A DNA stretch of 64,000 bases, from the NCBI GenBank assembly GCA_964608675.1, contig CAZSOZ010000002.1, positions 32,001 to 96,000 of the forward strand. Reading direction: 5' to 3'. How positions within the stretch are numbered: position 1 is the first letter of the stretch; the number at the start of each line of letters is the position of its first letter. The position numbers and the translations under genes were made by a program. The notes under the pieces were generated by a model. That model was not told the DNA's origin. It ran no database searches and saw only the letters and a list, made by a program, of their open reading frames with translations. Shown in pieces: positions 18,386 to 27,362 of this stretch. The stretch comes from an uncultured archaeon. GTDB lineage: Archaea > Iainarchaeota > Iainarchaeia > Iainarchaeales > 1-14-0-10-31-34.

Positions 18386-18647
18386 TGTTTCTCCTCTCCA
18401 GTTCAATAAAAACTTCTTTTAGTTTTACTTCCCTTTTTGCAAGCAAAACCATCAAAAAATAGAGTAAATCAGCTGCTTCCCATACAACTTCTTTTTTTTC
18501 TTTTATTTCTGCTGCTTCAATCAGTTCTTCACTTTCTTCACTAATTTTTGTAACAAGAAGCAAGGGATCTTTAAGTAATTCGCATGTAAAAGATTTTTCA
18601 GAAAAAGATTGCTTTCTTTTTTCAATGATTTTTTCCAGAGAAAACAA
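18366..18647 (-). CDS. hisE: Phosphoribosyl-ATP pyrophosphohydrolase (start uncertain)
   Basis: KISEESEE...WEAADLLY...ELERR. Confidence 0.92.
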   Translation of the reverse strand: MFSLEKIIEKRKQSFSEKSFTCELLKDPLLLVTKISEESEELIEAAEIKEKKEVVWEAADLLYFLMVLLAKREVKLKEVFIELERRNNESKKG

Positions 18648-18648
18648 G

Positions 18649-18684
18649 TCAAATTCGTTTTTTGTGAACTGAATCCCTTCTCAT
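18649..18684 (-). other. Short leader ORF MRRDSVHKKRI immediately before hisE, or a frameshifted hisE 5' end
   Basis: ATG preceded by GGTG SD-like motif; stop TGA lies 1 nt before the hisE TTG. Confidence 0.45.
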
Positions 18685-18747
18685 AAAAGCACCAGAAACT
18701 CTTCTTTCCTCTAAATAAATAAAATCAGCAATGAACTAAACCACTTA

Positions 18748-18766
18748 GTGGGAATAATGTGGGAAT
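18748..18766. promoter_or_regulatory. GTGGGAAT direct repeats (operator candidate)
   Basis: GTGGGAAT-AAT-GTGGGAAT between the regulator gene and hisE. Confidence 0.55.
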
Positions 18767-18794
18767 CATATACTAATAGAGTTGCATAATCTTT

Positions 18795-19181
18795 TTAAAC
18801 CTTTGCGAATTTTGCCTTGAGAATCAGTTTTTCTTTTTCCAGTTCTTTTTTTACTTTGCCCAAATTTGCTTTGCTGAAGTCTGCTACCACATTCCATAAA
18901 GCTTCTTTTCCTCTTTTTGTGCTTCGTGATTCAGTAAAAACCAAATCCACTTTATTTTTTCTGAGAATTTCTGCTGCTTTTGCTAAAGAACCTGCTTTGT
19001 CGCTCAAAAAAATATGCATTTTTTTTACTTTTCTTTCCAATGGAAACAACACTATTCTTTCGTTTTCTTTGTCCAGTTCTGCTATTATTTTTTCTCCTTT
19101 TTTTATTCCTAATGCTTCTCTAAAAGAGTTTGGAATCACTATTCTTCCTTTGGAGTCAATTTTTGAGTTCTGCGTGTTCAT
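18795..19181 (-). CDS. AbrB/MraZ-type DNA-binding domain + ACT domain regulator
   Basis: KIDSKGRIVIPNSFREALGI followed by LSDKAGSLAKAAEIL (ACT signature). Confidence 0.85.
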   Translation of the reverse strand: MNTQNSKIDSKGRIVIPNSFREALGIKKGEKIIAELDKENERIVLFPLERKVKKMHIFLSDKAGSLAKAAEILRKNKVDLVFTESRSTKRGKEALWNVVADFSKANLGKVKKELEKEKLILKAKFAKV

Positions 19182-19248
19182 GCATTAATTACTGCTTTTC
19201 ACTTATTTAATGTTACTGTTAAATACTTGTCTGGTTTTATTTAAGTGC

Positions 19249-19873
19249 ATGAAAAACAGGATTTGCTTTTTTTTTTGTATTATTGCTTGTTTTTTCTTTT
19301 GGTTGTCCTGAAGAAAAAAAAGAGAAATCAAATAGTTTGCCTGATTTGGATTTTGAACCAAAACAGGAAGAAATAACTGAAGAATTTGAGTACTTGGATT
19401 ACACTAATTATGATATTTTTGAAATGGAAAAAAACATTCATGAATTAATCAATGAAGAAAAAATTAAGTTGGGCATGAATCCATTAACTTTTGATGAAGC
19501 TCTTGCGTTTATTGCAAGAAAGCATTCAAAGGACATGGCTGAAAACAATTTTTTTTCTCATTTTGACTTAAACGGAAACGATTTCAGTTACAGGTATGCA
19601 CAGGCAGGTTATGTATGCGAGATTAAAACAGGGAATTTGATTCATTTGGGTGCAGAAAACTTATTCAAATATAATATAGCAAAAACTGTTTACTCTGATG
19701 GTAGTGTTGCGGAATATAATACTCAGGAAGAATTAGAGGTTTCTGCTGTTCAGGGCTGGATGAATTCCCTTCCCCACAGGGAAAACATTGAAGAGAGTTT
19801 CTGGTTGAAAGAAGGAATAGGGGTTTACATTGATGAAGAAGGCGAAGTTTTGGTTACAGAAAACTTTTGCTGA
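19249..19873 (+). CDS. CAP (SCP/PR-1) domain lipoprotein; 5' end out of frame at a homopolymer
   Basis: ARKHSKDMAENNFFSH; GAENL; GWMNSLPHRENI; lipobox FSFGC. Confidence 0.85.
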
Positions 19874-19889
19874 ACTATTTTTTATTTAA

Positions 19890-20109
19890 CTATTCCTTGT
19901 TTTCGTTACTTTAATGGCTTTTTTTGTGTTTCTTTGGTGAGTGTTGTATCTCTGATAGTTAACTTATTTTCATTTTCTATTCATAATTATGCTTTTTTGC
20001 CGTTTCATCTGGAACTTCTCCATTTCATGCCCCAAAATTTTTTCTTCTTGCAACAACCCAAAAAAACAAGATTGAAACAACGGCTAAAACCAAAAAATTT
20101 TTTTTTCAT
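19890..20109 (-). pseudogene. Degraded lipoprotein gene remnant
   Basis: Frameshifted pieces MKKK/FLVLAVVSILFF/LGC/LQEEK form a lipoprotein signal, followed by stops. Confidence 0.35.
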
Positions 20110-20220
20110 GTTCCAGTTTAGTTAAAAACCCAGGGTTATTCCTTTGTTTTTGGCTGAAACAAACTATTTTAAATAAAAAAAACAATAGTTATTTCATTTC
20201 TTTAGGTAGGAGGCAAAAAT

Positions 20221-20415
20221 ATGTTTGAAAAAAAAGGCATTCCCGGAGAACAGCCAAAATACACGGTTTTTTCTATTATTCCTTTGCTTGTATTGATTCT
20301 GGCAGTATTATGGTTTTTGGATGAAATAGCTTTAATTAACACTAGAATTCCATGGCTTCCGGCAATCTTTATGTTAATTGCTATTGGCTGGATTCTTCAT
20401 TCAGGCCAAAAATAA
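20221..20415 (+). CDS. Small two-TM membrane protein
   Basis: GGAGG SD; two hydrophobic segments. Confidence 0.7.
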   Translation: MFEKKGIPGEQPKYTVFSIIPLLVLILAVLWFLDEIALINTRIPWLPAIFMLIAIGWILHSGQK

Positions 20416-20484
20416 AGCATTTTTTATTTTTTTGGAGCAATATTAGTAAACTTTGTTGTTCAGCCTTCTTTACTTTTAATTAAT

Positions 20485-20985
20485 TTAAGTTTTTTTGATT
20501 TTTGGAGGTTTTGGACGCCATAAACGAGTTTTTCTGTGAGTTAAATAAAAGTTTGGAGGAGTTTTTTTCCTTCCTTTCAAGTAATACAATGAAGCCACTT
20601 GAATCTTTCCTGCAGTAACTCCTCTTGCAATCAAATTTTTTCTTGCTAATTCAAGTGTTTTCCCTGAACTAATACTGTTATCTACAATTAAAACTCTTTT
20701 TCCTTTAAGAGAAGTTTTTCCACTTCTAACTATTGATGGTTCTTGAAATAATTTAACCACTTCAGCTAAAGCTTTAGGAATCTTTCCCTGTCTTTTTTTC
20801 TTTGAAACAGGTCGGTTAATTGTAATTCTTTCAATTTTAATTCCTAATTCTCTTGAAATAATTTTTGCAATAGAAAGTCCCTTGGATTCAATAGCTAAAA
20901 TCAAGTCAGGTTTAAATCTGCTTTCCTTAATTTTTTTCGCCAAAGCTTTAGTGTATTCTTCTTTTTTTTCCCAGTTTTCTGCCAT
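20485..20985 (-). CDS. Type I phosphoribosyltransferase-fold protein
   Basis: KPDLILAIESKG; GKRVLIVDNSISSGKTL PRPP loop with DN instead of DD. Confidence 0.8.
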   Translation of the reverse strand: MAENWEKKEEYTKALAKKIKESRFKPDLILAIESKGLSIAKIISRELGIKIERITINRPVSKKKRQGKIPKALAEVVKLFQEPSIVRSGKTSLKGKRVLIVDNSISSGKTLELARKNLIARGVTAGKIQVASLYYLKGRKKTPPNFYLTHRKTRLWRPKPPKIKKT

Positions 20986-21249
20986 AAAATAATTACACTT
21001 GAAACACTTTTTTAGCTTTTCTTTTTATCCCAAACTAGTTTATATTTTTTTGATTAGTGTTTACTTTAAGTTTTTGAGGTGAATTTATAGCAGTTTTTGT
21101 TAATTTTAAATGTCTTCATGGTGGTAAAGTAACAGAAAAAATGGAAAACATGATTTATTCAAAATATTATTAGCCTATTAGTCTATTTTTGTTTCCCATT
21201 TCATTAATTTTTTGTATGTCTTTTTTTGAAAGCTTCCAGTCAAACAATT

Positions 21250-22128
21250 TCATGTTTTCTTTTCTTTGTTTTCTTTTTTTGATAGAAAATAAACTCCAAA
21301 GAAAACAAGAAGGGTTCCTGTTAACTGCATTAAAGTAATGTTTTCATATAAAATAAAAAAAGCAAGAACTCCGGCAAACAAAGGAGCAGTTAATTCTAAG
21401 GCAGACGATTGTGCAGCTTTTAGCCTTTTAATTGACTCAAAAAATAAAATTATTCCGATTCCGCCGGCTAGCCCTAAAAGAAATTGAAATATATTTGAAA
21501 AACCGATTGAAGAATAAAAAAGCAAGTAAAAAAAGAAAACAAGGAATGCAATTGAAAACCTGTAAAAAGATACAACTCCCGCATTCATTTCTTTTAAGTA
21601 TTTTCTCATTGCAATAGTTGAAGTAGCCCAAAAAAAAGTTGCAGTCAAGATAAGCAGGTCGCCTAAAGAACCAAGGTTAAATAAAAAAAGGTTTTCAATT
21701 GTCCTGGTTGTAACCATTAAAGCAGAAATAATCATTAAAAAAATTCCAAGATAATCAAATTTACTTAAAACATCTTCTTTTAATACAAGGAATCCAATTA
21801 AAACAACAAAAATTGGCTGTAAATGCCCTAACATTACTGCATTAACTGCAGGAACTGAAGCCAGAGCAAAAAAATAAATTAAGTCTCCAATAAGAGTTCC
21901 CGCAACAGCAACATAAATTATTCCTGTGAACTTTTTTTTGTTTGGCTTAAAGTTTCCTTTTGAAATCAAACCGTAAGCTAATGCAATTAATGTAATTACT
22001 CCTACTCTAATTAATTGTGTTTCAAAAAAATCAGCATTAATGTATGAAAGTTTTGCAAAAACTGGTTCTACTGCCCACATTAAACTTGCGCCTAAAACAG
22101 CCAGAACTCCAACAGATTTTTTGTCCAT
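21250..22128 (-). CDS. DMT/EamA family transporter
   Basis: About 10 TM helices in two EamA repeats. Confidence 0.9.
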   Translation of the reverse strand: MDKKSVGVLAVLGASLMWAVEPVFAKLSYINADFFETQLIRVGVITLIALAYGLISKGNFKPNKKKFTGIIYVAVAGTLIGDLIYFFALASVPAVNAVMLGHLQPIFVVLIGFLVLKEDVLSKFDYLGIFLMIISALMVTTRTIENLFLFNLGSLGDLLILTATFFWATSTIAMRKYLKEMNAGVVSFYRFSIAFLVFFFYLLFYSSIGFSNIFQFLLGLAGGIGIILFFESIKRLKAAQSSALELTAPLFAGVLAFFILYENITLMQLTGTLLVFFGVYFLSKKENKEKKT

Positions 22129-22241
22129 TCAATAAATTTTGTTGTTGGATGTATTTAATTGTATTTTAAATTTAAAATCAGTGAAGTGCTATCAAATGAA
22201 ATGAAGATAGCACGCTCTATTCGCGCGAGCAGGCACGAAAA

Positions 22242-22316
22242 TGCTCCGACCGGGATTCGAACCCGGGTCTACGGCTTGAAAGGCCGCTATGCTTGGCCGG
22301 ACTACACTATCGGAGC
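22242..22316 (-). tRNA. tRNA-Glu(TTC)
   Basis: GCTCCGATAGTGTAGTCCGGCCAAGCATAGCGGCCTTTCAAGCCGTAGACCCGGGTTCGAATCCCGGTCGGAGCA. Confidence 0.97.
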
Positions 22317-22510
22317 GGCTGCTGCTGTCAGCCGGCATCAGTGCAGGACATTTGCTGCGCTCAGTCCAGCTGGACATGATTTTTGAATAAATAATTCTCA
22401 AACAGTTTTTATAAAGTTTTAGTTTAAGAATTATTATAAATTAAAGCAGTTATCTATTTTAGTAAAGGATTGTTTTTAAATTTATTGAACTGAAAAAAGA
22501 GGTTTAAAAA

Positions 22511-22678
22511 ATGGCTAGATTCAAGGAAGCAGACAACAGAATTTTCAAGGACGTTTGGATTTGCATGAAATGCAATTCAAAAAATAAGGGAAGCAAATCA
22601 AAAAAACCAAACAAATGCAGAAAATGCAATTCAAGGTCCTTGCGTTTAAAAAAGAAAGCAGCAAAGAAAGCTGCATAA
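22511..22678 (+). CDS. rpl40e: 50S ribosomal protein eL40, 55 aa, absent from the ORF track
   Basis: MARFKEADNRIFKDVWICMKCNSKN...KCRKCNSRSLRLK; GAGGT SD. Confidence 0.92.
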   Translation: MARFKEADNRIFKDVWICMKCNSKNKGSKSKKPNKCRKCNSRSLRLKKKAAKKAA

Positions 22679-22691
22679 ATTTTATGGTAAA

Positions 22692-23513
22692 ATGAATCTG
22701 AAAGAATACATTAAATTAATTCGTCCAATTGACTGCATTGTTGCTTCAATTGGAGTATTTATTGGATTCAGTTTATCTGTTCAGGGAATAATTTTAATTC
22801 CTTTTCTTGGATATGCAATGCTTTCAGTGTTTTTTGTATGTGCAGGAGGACAGGCAGTAAACGATTTTTTTGATTTTGAAATAGACAAAAAAACAAACAA
22901 AAACAAGCCTTTAGTTAACGGTTCAATTTCACAAAAGCAGGCTTTAATTTTTTCTTTGACTCTTTTTTTAATTGGAATTTCATTTTCTTTTTTAGTTAAC
23001 TTGTATGCAGTTATTGCCGCTGGATTTTTTTCTTTGCTTTTAATTGCTTATTCTGCTTTAATGAAAAAAATAAAGTTTTTGGGCAATTTGGTTGTTTCAT
23101 TTAGTGTGGCTTTTACGATTTTGTTTGGTGCAATTATTTCTATGAATTTTTTTCTGCCTTTAATTTTGTTTATTGCAGCATTTTTTGCTAATACTGCAAG
23201 GGAAATCTTAAAGGATTTAGAGGATTTAGAAAGCGAAAAAGGAATTAAAATCACTTTGCCTCAAGTTCTTTCGATTAAAACAGTTTTTTCTTTAGTGGTT
23301 TTTTTATATTTTTTAAGTGTTTTAACAGGCTTTTATCCTTTTTTTACAGGAAGATTTAATTCAATTATTTATTTGTTTTTAATGAGTGGAGCAACAATTT
23401 TTTTTGCTTTAAGTTCAATTAAAATGTATGACAAAAATTTTTCTTGCTCACAAAAGCATTCAAAAACAGGAATGTTTTTGGGTTTGATTGCTTTTTTGTT
23501 TGGAGTAATTTAA
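22692..23513 (+). CDS. Digeranylgeranylglyceryl phosphate synthase-like UbiA prenyltransferase
   Basis: KLIRP; NDFFDFEID; GNLVVS; REILKDLED. Confidence 0.8.
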   Translation: MNLKEYIKLIRPIDCIVASIGVFIGFSLSVQGIILIPFLGYAMLSVFFVCAGGQAVNDFFDFEIDKKTNKNKPLVNGSISQKQALIFSLTLFLIGISFSFLVNLYAVIAAGFFSLLLIAYSALMKKIKFLGNLVVSFSVAFTILFGAIISMNFFLPLILFIAAFFANTAREILKDLEDLESEKGIKITLPQVLSIKTVFSLVVFLYFLSVLTGFYPFFTGRFNSIIYLFLMSGATIFFALSSIKMYDKNFSCSQKHSKTGMFLGLIAFLFGVI

Positions 23514-23522
23514 AGTGAAAAA

Positions 23523-24470
23523 ATGCGTGAATTAATTTTAATGAAAGCAATTTCTTTTCTTAAAACACAGGGATTTAATGTAAGCACTTTTTTGGATACA
23601 AATTCTTGTTTTGATTTGGTTGCAAAACGTTCTGATTTAAAGCTTGTAATAAAAATTTATTCGAATATTGATGGATTAAGGAAAGAACAATCAGAAGAAC
23701 TCAAAAAAATTGCAGAAGCATTTAATGCAGTGGTTTTGATTATTGGAGAAAAAACAAAAGCTTTTATTTTAAAAAAAGGAATCGTATATGAAAGGCATTT
23801 GATTCCGGCAATGAATTATTCTACTTTTGTTTCAGTTTTTGATACAGTTGTTCCTTCAGTGAAATATTTTAAAGGAAAATCAATAGTGGAAATTGATTCA
23901 GAGGCATTAAAGGAAAAAAGAAAAGAGAAAGACTTTACTTTGGAGGAGCTTGCAAAAAAAACAGGCATAACAAAAGAATCCTTGTATAGATTAGAGCATG
24001 GTTTTTCAACAAGCCTGGAAACAGCAAAAAAATTAGAGAAATTACTGAAAGCAGATTTGATTATGGAAAAAAATTTGTTGGAAGATTTTGTTTCTGTTTC
24101 AAAGGAAAACAAAGACGAAAAAATTTTTCCTGAAAAATTTGATGATGAAGCCTTGGCAAAAATTCATTCTCTTGGTTTGGATGTATTGGAATTCAGGCAC
24201 GCTCCGTTTAAGGCTTTTGGAACAAAAAAAGAGTTTTTGTTTATTGATAAAGGGAAAGAAAAAACTGAAATGCACAAAAAAGCTTTGGTATTGGAAAAAA
24301 CTAAAGCAGTGTTTGATTCTCACAGCCTTATTTTAACTAAAAAATTTAATCTGGAAAGAATTTCTTTAACTCCAGTAATGCATGAAGAAGAATTAGATTC
24401 TTATTCTAAAGCCCGTGAACTCATGAAGGAAATAAAGAAAAGAGAAAAAGAAAAAAAACACAGGCATTAA
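23523..24470 (+). CDS. Archaeal HTH transcriptional regulator (MJ1164-like)
   Basis: SCFDLVAK...KIYSNIDG; central Cro-like HTH; APF. Confidence 0.85.
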   Translation: MRELILMKAISFLKTQGFNVSTFLDTNSCFDLVAKRSDLKLVIKIYSNIDGLRKEQSEELKKIAEAFNAVVLIIGEKTKAFILKKGIVYERHLIPAMNYSTFVSVFDTVVPSVKYFKGKSIVEIDSEALKEKRKEKDFTLEELAKKTGITKESLYRLEHGFSTSLETAKKLEKLLKADLIMEKNLLEDFVSVSKENKDEKIFPEKFDDEALAKIHSLGLDVLEFRHAPFKAFGTKKEFLFIDKGKEKTEMHKKALVLEKTKAVFDSHSLILTKKFNLERISLTPVMHEEELDSYSKARELMKEIKKREKEKKHRH

Positions 24471-24539
24471 TATTGTTTTTTCTTTTTTTTAAAAATCAGT
24501 TAGCAACATTTAAATTCAATTAAAGTTACTTTTTTTATT

Positions 24540-25193
24540 ATGTTTAATTTTGAATTGGAAAGAAAAAAACTTGTAATGCATTTGAAAAATATTAATGCAA
24601 TTAAATCAAAGAATGTTGAGAACGCTTTTTTGAATGTTAAACGTGAAAATTTTTTTCCTGAAGGCATGAAAGGAAACGCTTATTCTGATAACGCTTTTCC
24701 TATTGGTTTAGGGCAGACTATTTCTCAGCCGTATACTATTGCAGTAATGCTTGAAATGCTTGATGTAAAAAAAGGCCTGAAAGTATTGGATGTTGGTTCT
24801 GGTTCAGGTTATACTGCGTGCCTTTTATCTGAATTGCTTGGAAAAAAAGGAAAAGTTGTTTCAGTGGAATTGATTGAAGAATTAATGGACAGACAGAAAA
24901 AAAATCCTGAAATAAAAAAAAGAGAAAACATTGAATTCATTCAGGCAGATGCAACAAAAACAGATTTTGGAAAAAATCAGTTTGACAAAATTCTGGTTTC
25001 TGCTGCGTGTCCTTTTCTTCCAAAAAACTTGTTTGATTCATTAAAGGAAAAAGGAACTGCTGTTGCTCCTGTAGGAGACAGATTTTCTCAAAGAATTCAG
25101 TCAATTATCAAATTAAAAGGAAAGCCGTTCAAAGAAGATTTTTTGGAAGGCTTTTTTGTTTTTGTTCCATTAAAAGGAAGTTTTAGTGAATAA
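24540..25193 (+). CDS. pcm: Protein-L-isoaspartate O-methyltransferase
   Basis: PIGLGQTISQP; VLDVGSGSGY; FVFVPL. Confidence 0.95.
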   Translation: MFNFELERKKLVMHLKNINAIKSKNVENAFLNVKRENFFPEGMKGNAYSDNAFPIGLGQTISQPYTIAVMLEMLDVKKGLKVLDVGSGSGYTACLLSELLGKKGKVVSVELIEELMDRQKKNPEIKKRENIEFIQADATKTDFGKNQFDKILVSAACPFLPKNLFDSLKEKGTAVAPVGDRFSQRIQSIIKLKGKPFKEDFLEGFFVFVPLKGSFSE

Positions 25194-25284
25194 AAGAACT
25201 GCGAACCTTTCTGAAGAAACAAATAAATACTCGAAAAGCACTTTAATTATTGAATTATTTTTTAATTCAGGGGGCGACAAGCCT

Positions 25285-25323
25285 ATGGCAAAAAAGAAAG
25301 CAACAAAGAAAAAAAAGAAATAA
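25285..25323 (+). CDS. Putative 12-aa Lys-rich micropeptide MAKKKATKKKKK
   Basis: Standalone ORF after a G-rich SD-like GGGGGCG in an AT-rich intergenic region. Confidence 0.4.
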   Translation: MAKKKATKKKKK

Positions 25324-25366
25324 AAATTAGTTGATTTTGTTTTTTTAAGAAAAGGAATCAAGGATT

Positions 25367-26680
25367 TCAGTTCTTGATTTTCTTTTCTATTTCTTTTTCT
25401 ATTTCTCCTTCATTTATTTCTTCCAAATCATATTTTACTCTTATTATTTTTTTGTTTGTTTTAATTATTTTTGATAAATCAATTGGGGTTCCGCTTAAAA
25501 CTAAATCACATTCAGCTTTGTTGATTGTTTCCTCTAAATCTTTGATTTGTTTTTTTCCGTAACCCATTGCAGGCAGAACTTTGCTTAAATGAAGGTATTT
25601 CTGGAAAGTTTTTTGGATTGATTCCACTGCAAAGGGTTTTGGGTCAACAACATCTGCTCCCTGCTTTTCTGCCATAATTGTTGCGGCTCCAGTGTTCATT
25701 CCTCCGTGGGTAACAGTTGGGCCGTCTTCTACTATCAGAACTTTTTTTCCTTTTAATTCTGTTTCTTCTTCTAATAAAAGTTTTGAATTGCATTCAATTA
25801 TTTTTGCTGAAGGATTCCATTGCTTGATATTTTCTTTTAATTTTTCTACTTTTTCTTTTTTTGCTGTGTTCATTTTGTTGATTATTATTGCATCTGCCAT
25901 CAAAAAGTTTGCCATTCCTGGATGATAACTTAGTTCGTGTCCTGTTCTGAATGGGTCTGCTACAACAAATAATAAATTTGTTTCATAAAATGAAAATTCG
26001 TTGTTTCCTCCGTCCCATAAAAGTATGTCTGCTTCTTTTTCTGCTTCTTTTAGTATTTCTTTGTAATCGACTCCTGCAAACAATATGTTTCCTTTTTCTA
26101 TGTGGGGTTCAAATTCTTCTCTTTCTTCTATTGTGCAGTTGTTTTTTTCCAGGTCTTCATATTTTTCAAAGCGCATTACTTTTTGTTCAACTAAATTTCC
26201 GTAAGGCATTGGTTCTCGAATTACAGCAAATTTTTTTCCTGTTTTTTTAAGTATTTCTGCAATATATCTTGTGGTTTGGCTTTTTCCGCATCCTGTTCTC
26301 ACTGCATTAACTGCAATAACTGGTTTACTTGATTTTAATTGCATTGCTTTTGGTCCAAGCAGTTGAAAGGAAGCTCCTGCACTTAAAACAAGTGAAGCTC
26401 TTTTCATTACGTAATCAAAGGAATTATCTGAATAAGAAAAAAAAACTAAATCAATGTTTTTTTCTTTAATTAATTCAGTTAATTTTTCTTCTGATTCAAT
26501 TGGAATGCCTTTTGGATAAAGTTTTCCTGCTAATTCTTTTGGATAAATTCTGCTGTCTATTCCAGGAATTTGTTCTGCAGTAAAACACACTACTTCAAAT
26601 TCTTGGTTGTTTTGAAAATATGAATTAAAGTCATGGAAATCCCTGCCTGCGGCCCCCATAATAATTACTCTTTTTTTCAT
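25367..26680 (-). CDS. COG2403 cDPGS-like P-loop enzyme, likely arginine synthetase ArcE
   Basis: MGAAGRDFHDFN; TAEQIP; AVRTGCGKSQ; PMPYG; TIEEREE; WDGGNN; EDGPTVTHG. Confidence 0.8.
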   Translation of the reverse strand: MKKRVIIMGAAGRDFHDFNSYFQNNQEFEVVCFTAEQIPGIDSRIYPKELAGKLYPKGIPIESEEKLTELIKEKNIDLVFFSYSDNSFDYVMKRASLVLSAGASFQLLGPKAMQLKSSKPVIAVNAVRTGCGKSQTTRYIAEILKKTGKKFAVIREPMPYGNLVEQKVMRFEKYEDLEKNNCTIEEREEFEPHIEKGNILFAGVDYKEILKEAEKEADILLWDGGNNEFSFYETNLLFVVADPFRTGHELSYHPGMANFLMADAIIINKMNTAKKEKVEKLKENIKQWNPSAKIIECNSKLLLEEETELKGKKVLIVEDGPTVTHGGMNTGAATIMAEKQGADVVDPKPFAVESIQKTFQKYLHLSKVLPAMGYGKKQIKDLEETINKAECDLVLSGTPIDLSKIIKTNKKIIRVKYDLEEINEGEIEKEIEKKIKN

Positions 26681-26744
26681 AAAATTGCCTCCAATTTTTT
26701 TCTGAATTCATTAATTTTTTTTATTTAGAAAAACCACGATATTT

Positions 26745-27356
26745 TTATTTTTCCCAAAGCTCTTTTTTGTCTTTTCCCTGTTTATGCATTTCAATTTCAT
26801 TCATTAATTTTTCTCTTTCATCTGTTTTTTTTTGGTCTGCAAAAAAAGGTTTGATTAAAAAGAAAACAAAAGCCAGAACAACATCCAAAAATATTATGTA
26901 TAAAAAAAAAGCGTGGTTGAGAATAACAAAATAGCCCAGCAGAAAGATTCTCAGTAAAATAAGAATTGAAGCATAATTGTGCCCCTGGTATTTTCTTTTA
27001 TAAACTGCAATTCCTAAAATCAAGGAAATTAATCCGAATAATCCAAGCAAAAGAAATTCAAACAAATGCTCTGCTTTTATTATTTCTAGTTCTGGAAACA
27101 AAAGAAAAAAATAAAATATTTCTACAATCCAGGTAAGAAACAAAAGCGTTCCTGCAGTTTTTACTGCCAGAGGATTTATTTCTTCTCCTTTGTTTTCTTT
27201 TGATTCTTTTTTTTTGTATTCTCTGTTCACTTCTTCCAAAAGCCTTAAAGGATAACCAGACAATTCAAGAAATTTAATGATTTCTTTTTCATCCATTCCT
27301 TGTTTTTTTTTCTGTTTTATTCTTTTTTTGATTTCTCTGTAATCTGTTTCATGCAT
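26745..27356 (-). CDS. Hypothetical membrane protein (4 TM)
   Basis: Long ORF with charged termini and a hydrophobic core. Confidence 0.75.
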   Translation of the reverse strand: MHETDYREIKKRIKQKKKQGMDEKEIIKFLELSGYPLRLLEEVNREYKKKESKENKGEEINPLAVKTAGTLLFLTWIVEIFYFFLLFPELEIIKAEHLFEFLLLGLFGLISLILGIAVYKRKYQGHNYASILILLRIFLLGYFVILNHAFFLYIIFLDVVLAFVFFLIKPFFADQKKTDEREKLMNEIEMHKQGKDKKELWEK

Positions 27357-27362
27357 TCTTTT

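Noticed and set aside
22159-22401. ORFs over tRNA-Glu, and a split or intron-containing tRNA
   Set aside because: The tRNA is an intact 75-nt cloverleaf and the ORFs are incidental
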